64,000 nt of DNA from Fistulifera solaris (Eukaryota). A model generated the notes under the pieces. It saw nothing but the letters and a program-made list of their open reading frames with translations, ran no database searches and was not told the origin of the DNA. The position numbers and the translations under genes are program-made. Within the stretch, counting starts at the first letter, position 1; every line of letters starts with the position of its first letter. Shown here in pieces: positions 13,302-26,440 of the stretch. The stretch is taken from assembly GCA_030295235.1 (NCBI GenBank), contig AP026155.1:124001-188000 (forward strand). Direction: 5' to 3'.

Positions 13302-14747
13302 GATCTTTGCTGCGAATTAAGAGATGCTGTAAAAAAGAAACAATTTATTGGGTGAGAATCTTGCTTCATGGAGCACTAATATCCAATGAAAAGAGCAACG
13401 AAGAGTTGATTCACGCTCGTCTCAAAGTTCTTCAATGTCATTCTCTCTTGCTTTTGCGTACCTCTTGGAAACTTTCGATCAAGCGAGCTTTATGTTTTTA
13501 GGTTTAGTTGTTGAGTGATTAGACAGCAACGCAGAATTATGAGATTGTGTGAAAGCAGGATAACAAGATGATCGCAAAAGCGCGTGCTTGTTAGTTTTGT
13601 TGCTTTCGAAGGCTTCACATTATTTTTTCATGAGGGCACGCCACGAGTTAAATTTCGTTGAATTTGCAAGTAACGGTCTCTCACTCAAATATCCTAATTG
13701 TAAAATGTCACGATGTCTCATTCATTTGGGTCATTTTGTGTAGGTTTCTACTGGATTTGGTACGTCATAAATCCAAACGTGCTTCGAAAAATGACTTGAA
13801 TTCCTATCGATTTCACTTCCGAGTGCCGGCTTCCGTATCGCTCATTTTTTCGCTGCCACGATTTACGTTTACGTTTAGGCTTATTCGAAGGCGTTTTGGT
13901 GTTGCTGGTTGCTGGCAACGGAAATCTCCTACCAGGTAGCTACTTGTAGCTCTCTACCTAGTAACAAGACGTTTGATCCGCGCAGAGCGCAGAGAGCAGA
14001 GTAAAGGATTACCTTTTGAACCATTTTACGGCGTCGACGGCCTAGCCTCGTGATATGTACGGGCAAATACTTGGTAATGAAAGGGGCACCCAATTCTATT
14101 CGACTGTGAGCTTCCCGGCCACTGGTTTCAATCATGAATCAATTCGCCCCCTTCTGCGAGACGCGTACCAGTACTCAGCGCACTGCCAAATGGAATTCTC
14201 GTTTTTCGTAGAATAAGGATGGGGGGGCGGTACGGAGTAGTTTCTTTCTAACTAGGGATAAGAATTTCAACATTTTCCGCTTTCATGTTTTACGCTATCT
14301 TCCCCTTTATTTCCCTTACTACTCTTTTCGCTCTATTCGACATGTTCTCCCACGGTTCGGCTTGTTCGAAAAGACCCAAACTAAAAATGGACGTCGGACA
14401 AAAAGTTCGGAAGTGCGGAAATTCCGAAAATATTAAGCACCCAGCACCACGCAGCACCCAACACCCAACACCCAGCAAACAGCAACGAGCAACTCCTAAC
14501 GTGTAATCGTACTTAAGAAAAGTGTATTTGTAGTGACTATAGTCTTTACTGTACGAGGTACGAGGTCCACCTTCCAAACAAGAGTAGGATGTGCTGTAGA
14601 ATGCTGGGCAACTCCTACTTTTTTCTCGTCGTTCAACCTGCTTTGTATTTCTTGCAAAACGCTTTTGAGAGGTCTGAGACCTCTTATTTTCAAAATGAAA
14701 CCTCTTTGCGAATGCCTGCCATTGTTGACACGAGTTTGACAAAAGTT

Positions 14748-16042
14748 ATGTTGTTAAGCAAGGACATGGCCAATAGCCCGGAAACAACTGGTTTAAATAA
14801 CCATAAAGTTGAAGGGAAAGATAGAAACATGTCGCAAGGTTGCGTTACCGAGAGGGAAAATCATGAAAAGTGCCCTCAAAGTCACTCGGACCTCGTCTCT
14901 CACGAATCGTCATCGTCCATCGCCAACGCTGTGGAGGTACAGAAGGAGACAACCAACGAGGAACCAGCTCTGAAACGACAGCGCTTGGAGGTAGAAACGG
15001 TCACCGAACCTGCAACTGCGCGAGCTGCCGAGACGAGCTCAAACGAAAATCTACAGCGAGGTAAGTTCTGATGGATAAACTTATCATGCGTTTTGATGCT
15101 AAGTAAGACTAACAATCCCGTTCTTTGCAACACACCTACAAAGATAATCCGACACTTGATGCACAACAGGCTCTTCTTCGTCAGTTACTGGGAAATGGAA
15201 ATCAAGCTCCATCCGCTCAAGACCTCGCCAATGCTGAGATAGCTGCGAACCTTCGCACTATCATGATGCAGCAGCAACTTTTGCTCAGCGGTGGTTACTT
15301 CCCGCCTCAATTTGGAGCGGCGCCGCCATTTCCTTCAAATGGAACGCTAAACGCTCTGGCCAGATTAGCGTCCTTGTCTGGTTTCGGGTATCCACCGGCT
15401 GCGATGGTGAACCCTCTCGCTCAATTGCAACTATTACAGCAGATGACCTCACAATTGACTGAAAATAGCGGATCAAGTGCAGCTGCAGCAGGCATTCTCG
15501 GTAGTTTGGCAGCGCCTAGTGTACCGGCATTGACGCCTCAAGTAACGGGGCGTCCGGCCGTTCCTCTCGCCATAGAAGCGGATCAAAGAACTTTGTCCGA
15601 GTTTCAGCGCCTAGTTCGTAAGCATATCGAGCTTTTTGAAGCGAAGCAGGAAGACGTCGAATCGAATGCTCAAGGAAGAAATCGTCCCATCGTACTAGGA
15701 CAAGTTGGTATTCGCTGCTGCCATTGCGCGCACTTACCTCCGAAGTTACGGTGTCGTGGTTCTACTTATTACCCTACAACGCTTCAAGGGCTTTATCAAG
15801 CCGCTCAAAACATGGCCACAGGTCATCTTTGCAAACGATGTAACCACATACCTTCGGATCTCCGTGAAGAACTCGTTCGATTAAAAGAATGCAAATCTTC
15901 CGCTGGAGGAGGAAAAACCTACTGGGGTGATGGAGTTCGTTCTCTGGGTGTGTTTGAAGCTCCTACTGGGCTTCGTTTTCTTCCCTCTGCCTTAAGTGCG
16001 CAAGGATTAGGGTGTGTTTGGTTGCAACAATTTAACACATGA
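14748..16042 (+). CDS. Putative Zn-binding nuclear protein (GQVGIRCxHC...YYP...LYQAAQNM...HL..C domain, a family I recognise from diatoms)
   Basis: Exon 1 contains an NLS-like LKRQR and a GTAAGT donor at 15061. Q/A-rich middle, then a C-terminal Cys/His domain. The exact start and acceptor are uncertain. Confidence 0.7.
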
Positions 16043-16380
16043 AAGAGTGAATGATAGATTTATTTACTTTGGAAGGATCGTGGTGGGTCATGCGTGGGCC
16101 GAAAAAAGCTCGGCAACAATTTTCTGAAGACGTAGCGCTGTGCTGACGTCATTTCTGCTTTTCATTACTCCGTATTACTTAATCATCTCTACAGGATCGA
16201 TTGATTACACGCGCAGGCAAAACCAGTAACAAAGTGCGGATTATTAAATTACAATCATGTTTGCATGAGAATTGAGTAATTGAATCAAAACAATGATATA
16301 TTATAGCAAAAAAAGCTAGGTCCATAGTCTAGAGATATAAACGCAACGTCTCGCTTAACCCAGGTTGAAACATTTACTTT

Positions 16381-17542
16381 TTAACCTTCGTAAGTGCAAG
16401 CCGATTCCAGAGTGGTACCCGACACTTGAATGATTTGACGGGCCGCCCAGTGTCCGGCCTTGACGCAAGCTTCCATGTCCTTGCCTTGCACCAGTTGAGC
16501 CAAGAATCCACCAACAAAGGCATCACCCGCACCGTTGGTATCCACCAATTGTTCCTTGGGCAAAGCCTCGACCGCATATTCCGTAACGACACCGTTGTGT
16601 GCGACCAAAGTCGATTGACTGCCTTGCGTAAAGATGACCGTACGAGGACGACCATTGTCTTTTTTGGGCAAGGCCGCGACCGCCAGAGCCACTTGTTTCA
16701 AGTCCTCCCCGAGTCCATTTTTTCTTGCCGTATGCCGCCGCTTCACTTTCGTTCCCAAACAAGAAATCGGCATATTCCATGGCGGTGGCCAACTGATCTC
16801 CAAAGAAATCCACGATGAATGGCGCCGACAAATTTAAGCAAAATACTTTTTTCTCCGCCACAGCGTGTTCGGCCACCTGCACCAACGATTCGACCGAGAC
16901 GGTCAAAAGAATCCGGCACAGTAATAATATTGTGCAGCTTGCACAATGGCTTTGGCCTGTTCCGTCTCCAAATGTGTCGGTTGGAAGTTGTTCGCGGCCG
17001 CCAAGTTGGCCACCAAGGCCCGTTCGCCCCCAAAATCAAAGCGGCACAGGTTCCGGTCGGAGTATTCGCATCTTTCATGTAATGCACCGTGACACCGTCT
17101 TTGGAAGCACAGGCTTCCAACTGTTCTCCGTACGAGTCATTGCCAACACATCCCATGAACGCGACACGGTTCGGTTGTTGCGCTGCCGTTAACATCCACT
17201 GGGCGACCCGCATCGAGTTTTGCGTTGCACCTCCGGCAATGTACTGCACTTCATAGTGTTGCACCAATTCTTGATACAAGGGTTGATGTTGATCTTCCGC
17301 CAAGATGGCCGTATCGAGTTTTACTTGGTATTTGTCGAGCAAGTCTTGACCGACATTGGCGCTAATGTCGAGTAGTGGGTTTCCCATGCCCATTAAAATG
17401 ATATCTGTTGATTATATAGCAGGAGTAATTTGAAAACAGGAGGCGTTTGAGTGCAAAACGATCGTCGAGTGAGTCAAATTGTTCGATTCTTTTCGGCCTA
17501 ACGAGCGACGCGTAAACAAGGCTTACCTGAATATTGCGACAT
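16381..17542 (-). CDS. ADK: Adenosine kinase (PfkB family)
   Basis: GMGNPLLDISA, IAGGATQNS, NLSAPFI, LFGNESEA and DTNGAGDAFVGGF motifs. A 16-nt exon 1 (17527-17542, MSQYS) and intron 17405-17526. Homopolymer frameshifts. Confidence 0.95.
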
Positions 17543-17843
17543 AATAACAGTAAAGTAAAGTATTCAAAAGATGAACGAAAGAAACTGAGTAGATTTAGAA
17601 TCAAATACTCCGTAAAAAAAAGATGAGAGTGAAGTAGACGTTGAAAATGACGAGCGATACGAAAAAAAGGTGGTGAAGGAGACGCATTGGCGCGACGAGA
17701 GTATACGTGGTGGCCAATGGTACGCGGATTCCACATAATAAGTCTATAGTCACGTTCATACATACGGGTTTTTTTAACTCGTCGTGATCGACCTAGCATT
17801 GTTAGCAAAAAACAATAGTAGTAGCCATCATCACCAATTCACT

Positions 17844-19199
17844 CTATCGAGCGGTTCCTCTTTGATACACATACACGCCCTTTATTTTCCAATAAGCTTC
17901 TTCCAGTGCCTCGGGCTCGGACGCCACATACGCATTGCACGTTGCCACCACATCGTCTTTGACGGCAAATTGCGCCGCCAGATCCGGACAATCCTGAACA
18001 AAACGATTGCCCGCTACCGTTCCACAAAAGGCCAAATTGAAAATAAGTCGCATATTCGAGAAATGATCCGACGAACACGAACTGTTGGCCCCAATCGCAA
18101 AGTAAGCGTACGGCGCTTGGTGCCAGTCGTTGGGATTGGGTGCCACGGGAGAATCAGATTCCGCCGACAATGTCGCTTGTTCCAAATTCGCGGGATAACC
18201 TTGGGATTGTGGAAAGACCCACGATTTAATGTATCCATGATCGGGATCCCAGTCTAGGACGTAGATACCACCTCCTTGTTCGTTGAAGCGAGCTCCTAAC
18301 GTATTGTTGTGAGAATGTGTCACAACACAACCTTGATTGCTCCATTGATGTGGCGCCAGTACCCAACAATTGTCGGCCGGAACACTGGTTTCGTGATCCA
18401 ATATGCCCGTATATGTATTCGGAATCCCCGTCGACCGATCCCATTCTCCCGTTTGAGCATACGGCGGCACTTGTGCGTACATACTGCACGACTCGGCCGT
18501 GTGGAGGGCCGTCTTGGCGTGGCTTTGATCATTGACGCCTTCCACAATATCAATTTCACCATGGTACGGCCAGTGGTCTTCGTCTGTCAACCAAAAGGCC
18601 GGCCACGTTCCGCATCCGGCCGGTATGTGATCGACGTGTAACACAAAGAGACCCCGATTGAACCGCCGCTTGCCTTCTAAACGGATCGAAAAGCGTTTGT
18701 TTCCGGCATTGGGTGCAGATTTCATGATGAGGGCACCGTCGGGATGGATCTGAAGTAATTGCAATTGATGAGCTCGTCGTCGACTCACGTACGTTTGAAA
18801 GCCTGCAGAACCGGCAGAATCGGGGCCGTCCAAGAAATCGTAATAGTTTAACAAGTTTGCTCCTTGTTGCAATTCAATTAATTGAAAGGGGCCCGTGTAG
18901 TGTGTATTGTTATTGTGTGAGTGTGATTTTGCGTTCGATGGCTGTTGTTGCTGATTCCGAGCATACCATCCGAGCAGGAATGTGACAATACCCATGAATA
19001 GAAATCCCATGGCTCGACTACTACAAAGAACCAGTGTTTGACGGTGATGATGTTGTTGCGACTTCATACTGTGTTGACCGTCGATCGAAAGGTAAATGTC
19101 ATGGTCACACGACGTCGAAGAAGAATCGGCTTCTTCTTCTTCATCATCTCCATCATCCTTATCACGAGACAGCAGTGCTGTTGATTCGTTTGGTGCCAT
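17844..19199 (-). CDS. Membrane-anchored GH16 endo-1,3(4)-beta-glucanase
   Basis: Intact 451-aa ORF with GCGTWPAFW, catalytic GEIDIVEG, and FNLAFCG motifs, plus one N-terminal TM segment. Confidence 0.92.
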   Translation of the reverse strand: MAPNESTALLSRDKDDGDDEEEEADSSSTSCDHDIYLSIDGQHSMKSQQHHHRQTLVLCSSRAMGFLFMGIVTFLLGWYARNQQQQPSNAKSHSHNNNTHYTGPFQLIELQQGANLLNYYDFLDGPDSAGSAGFQTYVSRRRAHQLQLLQIHPDGALIMKSAPNAGNKRFSIRLEGKRRFNRGLFVLHVDHIPAGCGTWPAFWLTDEDHWPYHGEIDIVEGVNDQSHAKTALHTAESCSMYAQVPPYAQTGEWDRSTGIPNTYTGILDHETSVPADNCWVLAPHQWSNQGCVVTHSHNNTLGARFNEQGGGIYVLDWDPDHGYIKSWVFPQSQGYPANLEQATLSAESDSPVAPNPNDWHQAPYAYFAIGANSSCSSDHFSNMRLIFNLAFCGTVAGNRFVQDCPDLAAQFAVKDDVVATCNAYVASEPEALEEAYWKIKGVYVYQRGTAR

Positions 19200-19289
19200 T
19201 CTGTTGCTTATTGTGGTCGTTAATTGTAATGTAAATTATTGCAATTTTGAAAAGGAAGTTATGATCGTCGTCGGCACGACCCTAAAACT

Positions 19290-19490
19290 CACGTCCCCAG
19301 AAAATCTGGGGGTGTGGGTGACTTCACATGCTGAATGATGTTTTCACGTCCACAGAAAATCTGGGGGTGCGGGTGACTTCACCTTCTAATAAGTGATGTT
19401 TTCACGTCCACAGAAAATCTGGCTCATTCAGATATTGACGTACACAGAAAGTCTGGGTGAGAGAGATATTCACGTCCACAAAGAATCAGT
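19290..19490 (+). repeat. Array of five CACGTCCACAGAAAATCTGG-core repeats (spacing 55, 58, 34, 34 bp)
   Basis: Cores at 19290, 19345, 19403, 19437 and 19471. Same family as 8307-8421, in inverted orientation. Confidence 0.88.
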
Positions 19491-19828
19491 GCATGGATGG
19501 TATCATAATGGTGGTGATGGCGACAAATTTTGCTTACCAGGTACTCCATACCAAGTAAGTAGATCGAATGGTGAATTGGTAAAGTCACCGCCGGCAAATC
19601 TCTAGATGATTCATGCCTGGGGCTACCGTAATTGTAAAAGAAAACGATCCGAAAGTTTGATTGATGAAACTTATCGCTGCATGCCAATCACGTGCTCGTT
19701 ACTTGAATCGTATTGTGTAAGCACATACTAAGCATTTATCTCATCAAGGGTATAGAACGAACGGTACCGGTACCGTAGTTCGGTAGAAGTAGAAGTTTGG
19801 CTCGGAAAAATTCTGGATTTCTTACTCA

Positions 19829-19850
19829 TCATGACTGAACTGCAGTCGTG
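19829..19850 (+). promoter_or_regulatory. Palindromic motif copy 2
   Basis: tcatgactgaactgcagtcgtg, between the divergent GH16 and O-fucosyltransferase genes. Confidence 0.55.
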
Positions 19851-20508
19851 TGTTGTCTCCCCGAGAAAACCAACAAAGTGTTTTGAATGTAAAAATAAAT
19901 GAGGGATGCAATAATGCAAGTGCTCGTTCATGTTCAATATTATTGTGCCAAAAAATAACGATGTAACTCACCCAGCCAGTAGAACAGAGGCTTGGTTCGG
20001 TGGACGGCTATGATGACGACGACTCTCCTCGATGTTTTGGACTCGTGAGTGAAATGTAGTCTTGGAGAAAAACGGAGTACACATTGAACGATAGACGATA
20101 GTCCATGGACGAAAAAGACGATCCGCAAAACTTCTCGATGTCAATTTAAGGGTGCATTACGGATGATTTTGAAGGTACTTATAATTAGTATCGCATCAGA
20201 TCCATGAGTCTGGGATACCTTCGGAAAAGACTTGGAAGGAATGAATAGTCTGTAGTGCTGGAAGTCTCGCGCGGAAAATTGTTGCTCATGACACATGACT
20301 GTATACTTTACGAGTGAGGAGTCGTCATGGACGCGCTGGGAACGACCGGGTTTTTTTGTGTGCGACAAAAGAAGAGTCATTTTCGACACGAGACTTTTTT
20401 TCGTTGTAACATCATTATCATCTTTACTCCTTCCATTTATTTGTATTGTGTTGTTACATTTGAATCAAAGCTCATAATAACAGAAGAATACTTTTGTTTG
20501 TGCAACGA

Positions 20509-22349
20509 ATGAGACGTACAATACCGACACGACGGACCGCCACACGCGGGTCCTTGCCGAGCCCCAATACACAAGTCGTTCAACTACTTGTCACGGCATC
20601 CGTCTGTTTAATTGTCATGAGTTTCTTGCCCATGATTGTATTGGAAGTATCAGAAGTCAATCACGAAGTCAGTGCCCTGTTAACGCACATGACTGGAGCG
20701 AATAATCACGAGGAACATCATGCTCCTGTAATAACGAGTGCGGGAGGAAACAGCAACTCGCAAAAAGGCAGCAAAAGTCGCACATTACCCAAACAACCAC
20801 AATCATCGGTACCACCACCACCACCCATGAAAACCACCAAAGACGGACGTCACATTTTCGATTTAACACTCGACGATTTGATTCCCGATCCACCGCAATG
20901 GGATCAAAAACCCGTCGCTCGCGGTGTCGCGGGCCGACCGTTGTCGCAAACACCGCACGTTGCTACCGCACGGCGGGCTCATTTAGATTGTGGTGACCTC
21001 GCCATGGATTCGTTGGCGTACTGGAATGTTGGTGGTGAAATACTCCAATCACCCTTTGCGACGACTCAACCCCATCAACAATACGTGACATTCAGTCCCG
21101 ATCGAGGGGGGATGGAACAATGTGCGCATGTCGTTGGAAATCATTTTTGTCATTGCGGCCGCGACGGGACGGACTTTGGTATTACCACCCAAGGAACCAC
21201 TTTATTTGATGCATCACGACAAAACGAATCGGTATCGTGGCTTTGGAGATTTCTTTCCTCTCGAACAGTTGCATCCCATCGTGCCGGTTTTGTCGTTTCA
21301 AGAATTTTTTACCAACAATCCGCACCGTCCATCCGTACCGTCGCAGATGGATGAAGCGGCCATCCACAAAGCCGCCGATCATTGTGACAAACGGGATGCT
21401 TCCGAAAATGCCTGTCGACATGTCTTTGAGTATTTGGAAGCCACGGGGTTCACCAAAATATCAGTGCCGTACACACCTGTCTCATTTTTGATGAAATGGC
21501 CTACGTGACGGGGAAGCCACCCACCAATGCCACCATACTGGAACACGTACAACAAGTCTGTGGCCCGACACGGGACCACGTGTACTTTACACAAGAAATG
21601 AATGATCCGGATATTCTCTTCTTTGCGGCAGGCAACAAAACCTTTCGTTTGTTGACACATTTCTATGGCATGATTCATTTTACCAATCCAGTCTTTGACA
21701 ACTACTTTCGAAGATTTGTACGTGATTACTTACATTATCATGAAGCTATTTATTGTGCGGCGGGGAAAATCGTCAAGGCGATTCAAAAAGAGGCGGCCTT
21801 GTTGAATGCTAACATCACGGACCCTAAATACGCGGTGAGTGCGGAAGATGGTTCTGGTGGATATTCGGCGCTGCACGTGCGGCGTGGTGATTTGCAGTAC
21901 AAGAAAGTGAAAATCCCGGCGCAGGAATGGTACGACAATACCAAAGATGTGTGGTATCCGAAGGAATTGTTGTATATCGCGACCGACGAACGGGACAAGT
22001 CATTTTTGATGATATCAGGAAACATCATGAACTGCGCTTTTTAGATGATTATTGGGAGTTGGCGGATCTGAGTTCCTTAGACCCCAACTACATGGGCATG
22101 ATAGATACCATTGTGGCCAGTCGAGGGAGGGCCTACGCGGGGACATGGTTTAGTACATTTTCGGGGTACATCAATCGGTTACGGGGATATCATGGCTTGA
22201 GTATGCAAGATTCATGGTATGGCTTCTTGCCCAAGAAAGAAGCCGTCCACGAGTGGAAATTGGTGAACGAATTCGCCTATGCCTATGAGTGGCCAGATGG
22301 TTGGATTGGAATTGATGCCGATGTATGGCCAGATAGAGATAAGTTTTAA
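20509..22349 (+). CDS. GDP-fucose protein O-fucosyltransferase-like protein
   Basis: N-terminal TM; DRGG(W)NNVRMS...AAATGRTLVLPP, YSALHVRRGD, LYIATDE and GTWFSTFSGYI motifs. Three frameshifts (~21110, ~21470, ~22005). Confidence 0.85.
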
Positions 22350-23102
22350 GCAACAAAAGCAAGTGCTCATTTGTAGACTATTCACGTAAGTATCCAAGGT
22401 GAATTCATCCAAACAGTTGATGTTTCCTCGACCAAAATTTTTTTCATAAAAACAGCGGAAACTCCACCAATTCAATTGCTTTGGTCAACAACATCAAAGC
22501 ATGTGGTTCCATTCGCTGCTACTCTCTTTGAAAGGAAGACTATGTGGAATGAGCTAATGTAACTTATGATTGAAAGTGGTTCTCACCATGTTTTTGCATT
22601 GCAATTTATCTTAAACTTCGTCGACGCTATCCGGGAGTGACATTACGTTTGAATCGTTGCAGAAAAAGAAGCCTACAATTTCAATCATTTTTCTTTGTCG
22701 CGCGATTGACGCCATACGTTGCAACAAAATCGTCAGGGTCAACAAAACCGGTAAAACTATTATGTAACGAAGTGAGATACTTGCATCGACTGGTCAAAAT
22801 ATTTCTAGACATAGTTCGGCCATTTCCAATGCGTTATTTTTCCGACAACGTTCGTTCGGGATCGAGTATCAGTCCAGCCTGCAATTCGAATCATAGTAAA
22901 AAAACTCATAACCTGTTGCGTGCAAAACCGTTCATCGGTGGTCTGCACGACGCACGGAAAGTGGTGGCAAAAAACGCGCTTTTTATTGTGCTCGATCCTT
23001 GCATTTTCCCCTAAATTACTTTCTGCTACCTGCTACTAGACTACGAACGAGCAAAGGGACCATTCCTTAGAGAATACCGGAACGAAAAGAACAACAAGTA
23101 AC

Positions 23103-26100
23103 ATGGCTTCGAAATTCTGGGCAGCAGACGGCAGCTCCGACTCGGAAAGTGACGCCTCCAGCGGATCCAGCTCGGGCTACAGCTCGGACGGACAGCGCGG
23201 AAATAATGACAACCGACTGGCTTATGTGTTCAGTGACAGCGACTCGAGTGACGATGAAGGACGCGTCGTCAAGTCGGGCAAAGAGCGTGCTCTAGAGAGC
23301 TTCCAAACCCATGGCAAAAATCTGCGTAAGCACATGAAGGATTCAGATTATTGGGAAATTCAACAAGAGTTTGATTTGTTGATGAAGACGATGATCAAAG
23401 CAAAGCAGTATCTTGCGGAGGGTGTCCCGCGGCCTTTGGTTAAGATCCTCGTTGATTTGGAAGATTATGTGACGGAAAAACTGAAAGATAAGACGGCTTT
23501 CAAAAAGTTGTCTGCTCGGCAGGGTCGTGCTTTGAATCGCATGAAATTGACGCTGAAGAAACACAACAAAGCTTACGAAGTTGTCATTCAAGCTTACCGT
23601 CAAAACCCCATGGTTTCAGACGATGAAGAGGCGGATGATGATTCCTCGAAGAGTAGTGGCAGCAGTAGTAACAGTAGCAGCAGCTCCAGTAGTAGTTCCA
23701 GCAGCTCGAGCTCCGACTCGAGCGCAAAGAAAAAGGAAGCGACAAGGACAGCGATTCGGTAAGTGCCTCGTTTCGTGCCTTCCAACTGATCCGGTTATAC
23801 CACAAGGATGCCCTTCACCTCGCTCGAGGTCGAATTCCTCGTTTCCGATGTCGCGTGGACGTTTTCTTGAGTTCGCTGTCAAAGCGATGCGAAGGATCTG
23901 TATTCACGATGAATGAGATTAATTCTGTGTAACGAACAGCTACTTTGAGTGATGATTTGCAGTCGAAAAGTCCCTCTTCTTATGTTCCTGTTGCTGACTT
24001 GTCTCTTTACTTTTCAGGACTCTGATGATGAATCGGATGATAGCGACGTGGATTGGGATGCCGATAGTTCGTCGTCCTCGTCCAGCGATGATGAAGCTGA
24101 AGGGGGTCTTTCGCAGCTTAAGGGACGAGCACTTTGGTTGAAGAAGACAGTCACTACCAAAAAGAAGGAAAATAAAGTCAAGAGTGATAAGCCGAAAGCT
24201 TCACAGGACTTGAAGAAAGCAGCGAGGTTGGCAGCGGAAGCCTTGACAGCAACCAAGTCAGTAATTCCGGCGGAAGGTTTAACTCCTAGTATTTTGGACC
24301 GCAAAGTCAAAGAGCTTGCGGCTCAACGCGGACGTCGTGGCAAAGATAATCGTCAACTGCTACGTGAACTGGAAGCGTTGTCGCGCCTTTCCCTCAAATT
24401 CGGACCACGCGTTGAGATCCCCATTCTCATGTACGTAATTTCGGCTCAGTTCGGACTCCAGCGTACTATGGAAGATTTCATGGATACGCTGACTTGGAAA
24501 GCTTGCGCTGGATATTTGCAACGTATTGCTGATGTTGTCGATGAAGGATATACTCTGAGTAATGAGGCTGTTGATGAAAGTGACTTGTTCCTTAGTTCAG
24601 GGGGTCACACGAAGATGAAGGCTGCGGCTAATGCGGCTGACGGTGCCATGGCTGCAGTAGCAGCCGACGAGAAGTTGGTCAACCCGCATACTGGTGAGGC
24701 TGAGACTCAAGATGAACGGGCTGAACGATTGCGCTTGGAAAAGAGAAGGCGATGACTGACGAAGAAAAGAAAGTCATACCTGTAGTGGGTTCTCTTGCTC
24801 TACACCTTAGCCGTTTGGAAGAGGAGTACACCAAAAGCTTGCAGAGAACATCGCATCACTCGCAAGAATATATTGCGCGCCTGCGAGACGAATCAAAACT
24901 GGTAGAACTTTTAGCGCGATTCCAGTCTTACTTTGAGAAGCAAAATATGTTCAGTGAAGCAGCTGCACTAGCTCAGCTACGAGTTGAACATCTGTACTAC
25001 CGCCACGACTCAATTGCACGCGAAGTCGACAAAGCCGCACTATTCAACGAGCGATTTGGAGACGTCGCTATGCTGCACCCATCGTGTCATGTGGTTGAGG
25101 AAGCCTTCACTGGTCCGCACGATTTCAGCAAAGTCCACCCAGGTGCCGTTCAAGGGAAGCCTTCCATTCAAAGTGAATCTGAGACCGATTTTGCCGGGCT
25201 TATTTCGGATCTTTGCAAGTATGTATACAAACATGGGACCGATCAGGCTAAAATGCGGGCTGTTATTTGCCACGTTTACCACCATGCTATCCACGACAGA
25301 TTTTTTGGATGCTAGGGACTTGTTGCTTATGTCGCATTTACAAGACAAGATTCATGACTGTGGTGATACGTCCACGATGATCATGTTCAACAGAATGATG
25401 GTGAACATTGGTATGTGTGCGTTCCGCCTGGGTCGCATCTACGACGCACATCAGTGTCTTGCCGACATCTGCTCTGTCCGTGTTCGCGAATTGTTGGCTC
25501 AGGGGGGTGACTATGGGCAGGTTCAACGAAAAGAGTGCGGAACAAGAAAAAAGCAGAGAAGCGTCGTCAGGTCCCTTATCATCAGCATATCAATCTTGAT
25601 TTGCTAGAGGCATGCCACTTGATCAGTGCAATGCTGTTGGAAGTTCCTAACATGGCTGGCGAGGTCTCCAATCGCCGTGGACGCGTTGTGTCGCGAACCT
25701 TCCGTAAATACCACGATCAATACAACCACCAAGTCTTTACTGGTCCTCCGGAGCAGACACGCGATTTCGTGATGTGCGCCGCAAAGCATCTCATGAAGGG
25801 CGAATGGCAAACATGTGCTGAGCTTGTGTCCAATCTCGACGTGTGGCAGCTCGTTCCAGGGGAAGATGCGGCCAAGAAGATTGGAAAGATGCTAACCGAG
25901 AAGGTAAAGCTGGAAGGTCTCCGCACGTATTTGTTCGCCTTCTCTACCCAATACGATTCCATGTCGCTTGCCCAGCTCTGTGCCATGTTTGAAATGACGA
26001 AGAATGAAGTGCATAGTGTTGTGTCGAAAATGATGATTAATCGCGAACTTTACGCTAGTTGGGATCAGCCTACGGAGACGATTGTTTTGCAGCGTGTGGA

Positions 26101-26440
26101 GCCTACGGCACTGCAGGTCATGGCTCTCCAATTTGCGGAGAAAGCAGGCGTTCTTATGGAAACCAACGAGAGACTGCTAGACGCTCAGACGGGAGGACAT
26201 GGATTTAAAGATGATCATTGGAAAAATAGCGATGGCGATGACCGTTGGCAAGGACGTGGAGGAAATCAACGGGGTCATCAGCGTGGAGGCCGAGGTGGAC
26301 GTGGAGGTGGAAACCAACGCGGTGGTAACCAACGAGGAGGAGGCTTCCAACGTGGCAAAGATCGTAACCAGGGACGCCGCACAGGTGGTGGTCGCGGTGG
26401 CGGCCGTGGTGGGGACAAGAATCGAGATCGCCGTAATTAA
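23103..26440 (+). CDS. eIF3c: Eukaryotic translation initiation factor 3 subunit C
   Basis: MASKFW...SDSESD N-terminus, ARDLLLMSHLQ, RRQVPYHQHINLDLLE and GPPE motifs, PCI domain and RGG tail. Intron 23759-24017 and several homopolymer frameshifts. Confidence 0.96.

Noticed and set aside
12732..13355. Long antisense or alternative-frame ORFs (e.g. 12732-13355, 27538-28206, 35411-35821, 43793-44293)
   Set aside because: They are shadows of real genes or low-complexity repeats on the opposite strand, with no recognisable motifs.
19290..19490. CRISPR-like repeat-spacer array
   Set aside because: The context is eukaryotic with no cas genes, the repeats are degenerate, spacing is irregular, and the linkers resemble one another. 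It behaves as a minisatellite or motif array.
23103..26440. Programmed frameshifting or pseudogenisation of eIF3c and other housekeeping genes
   Set aside because: The shifts fall in homopolymers across unrelated genes, so sequencing error is the simpler explanation.
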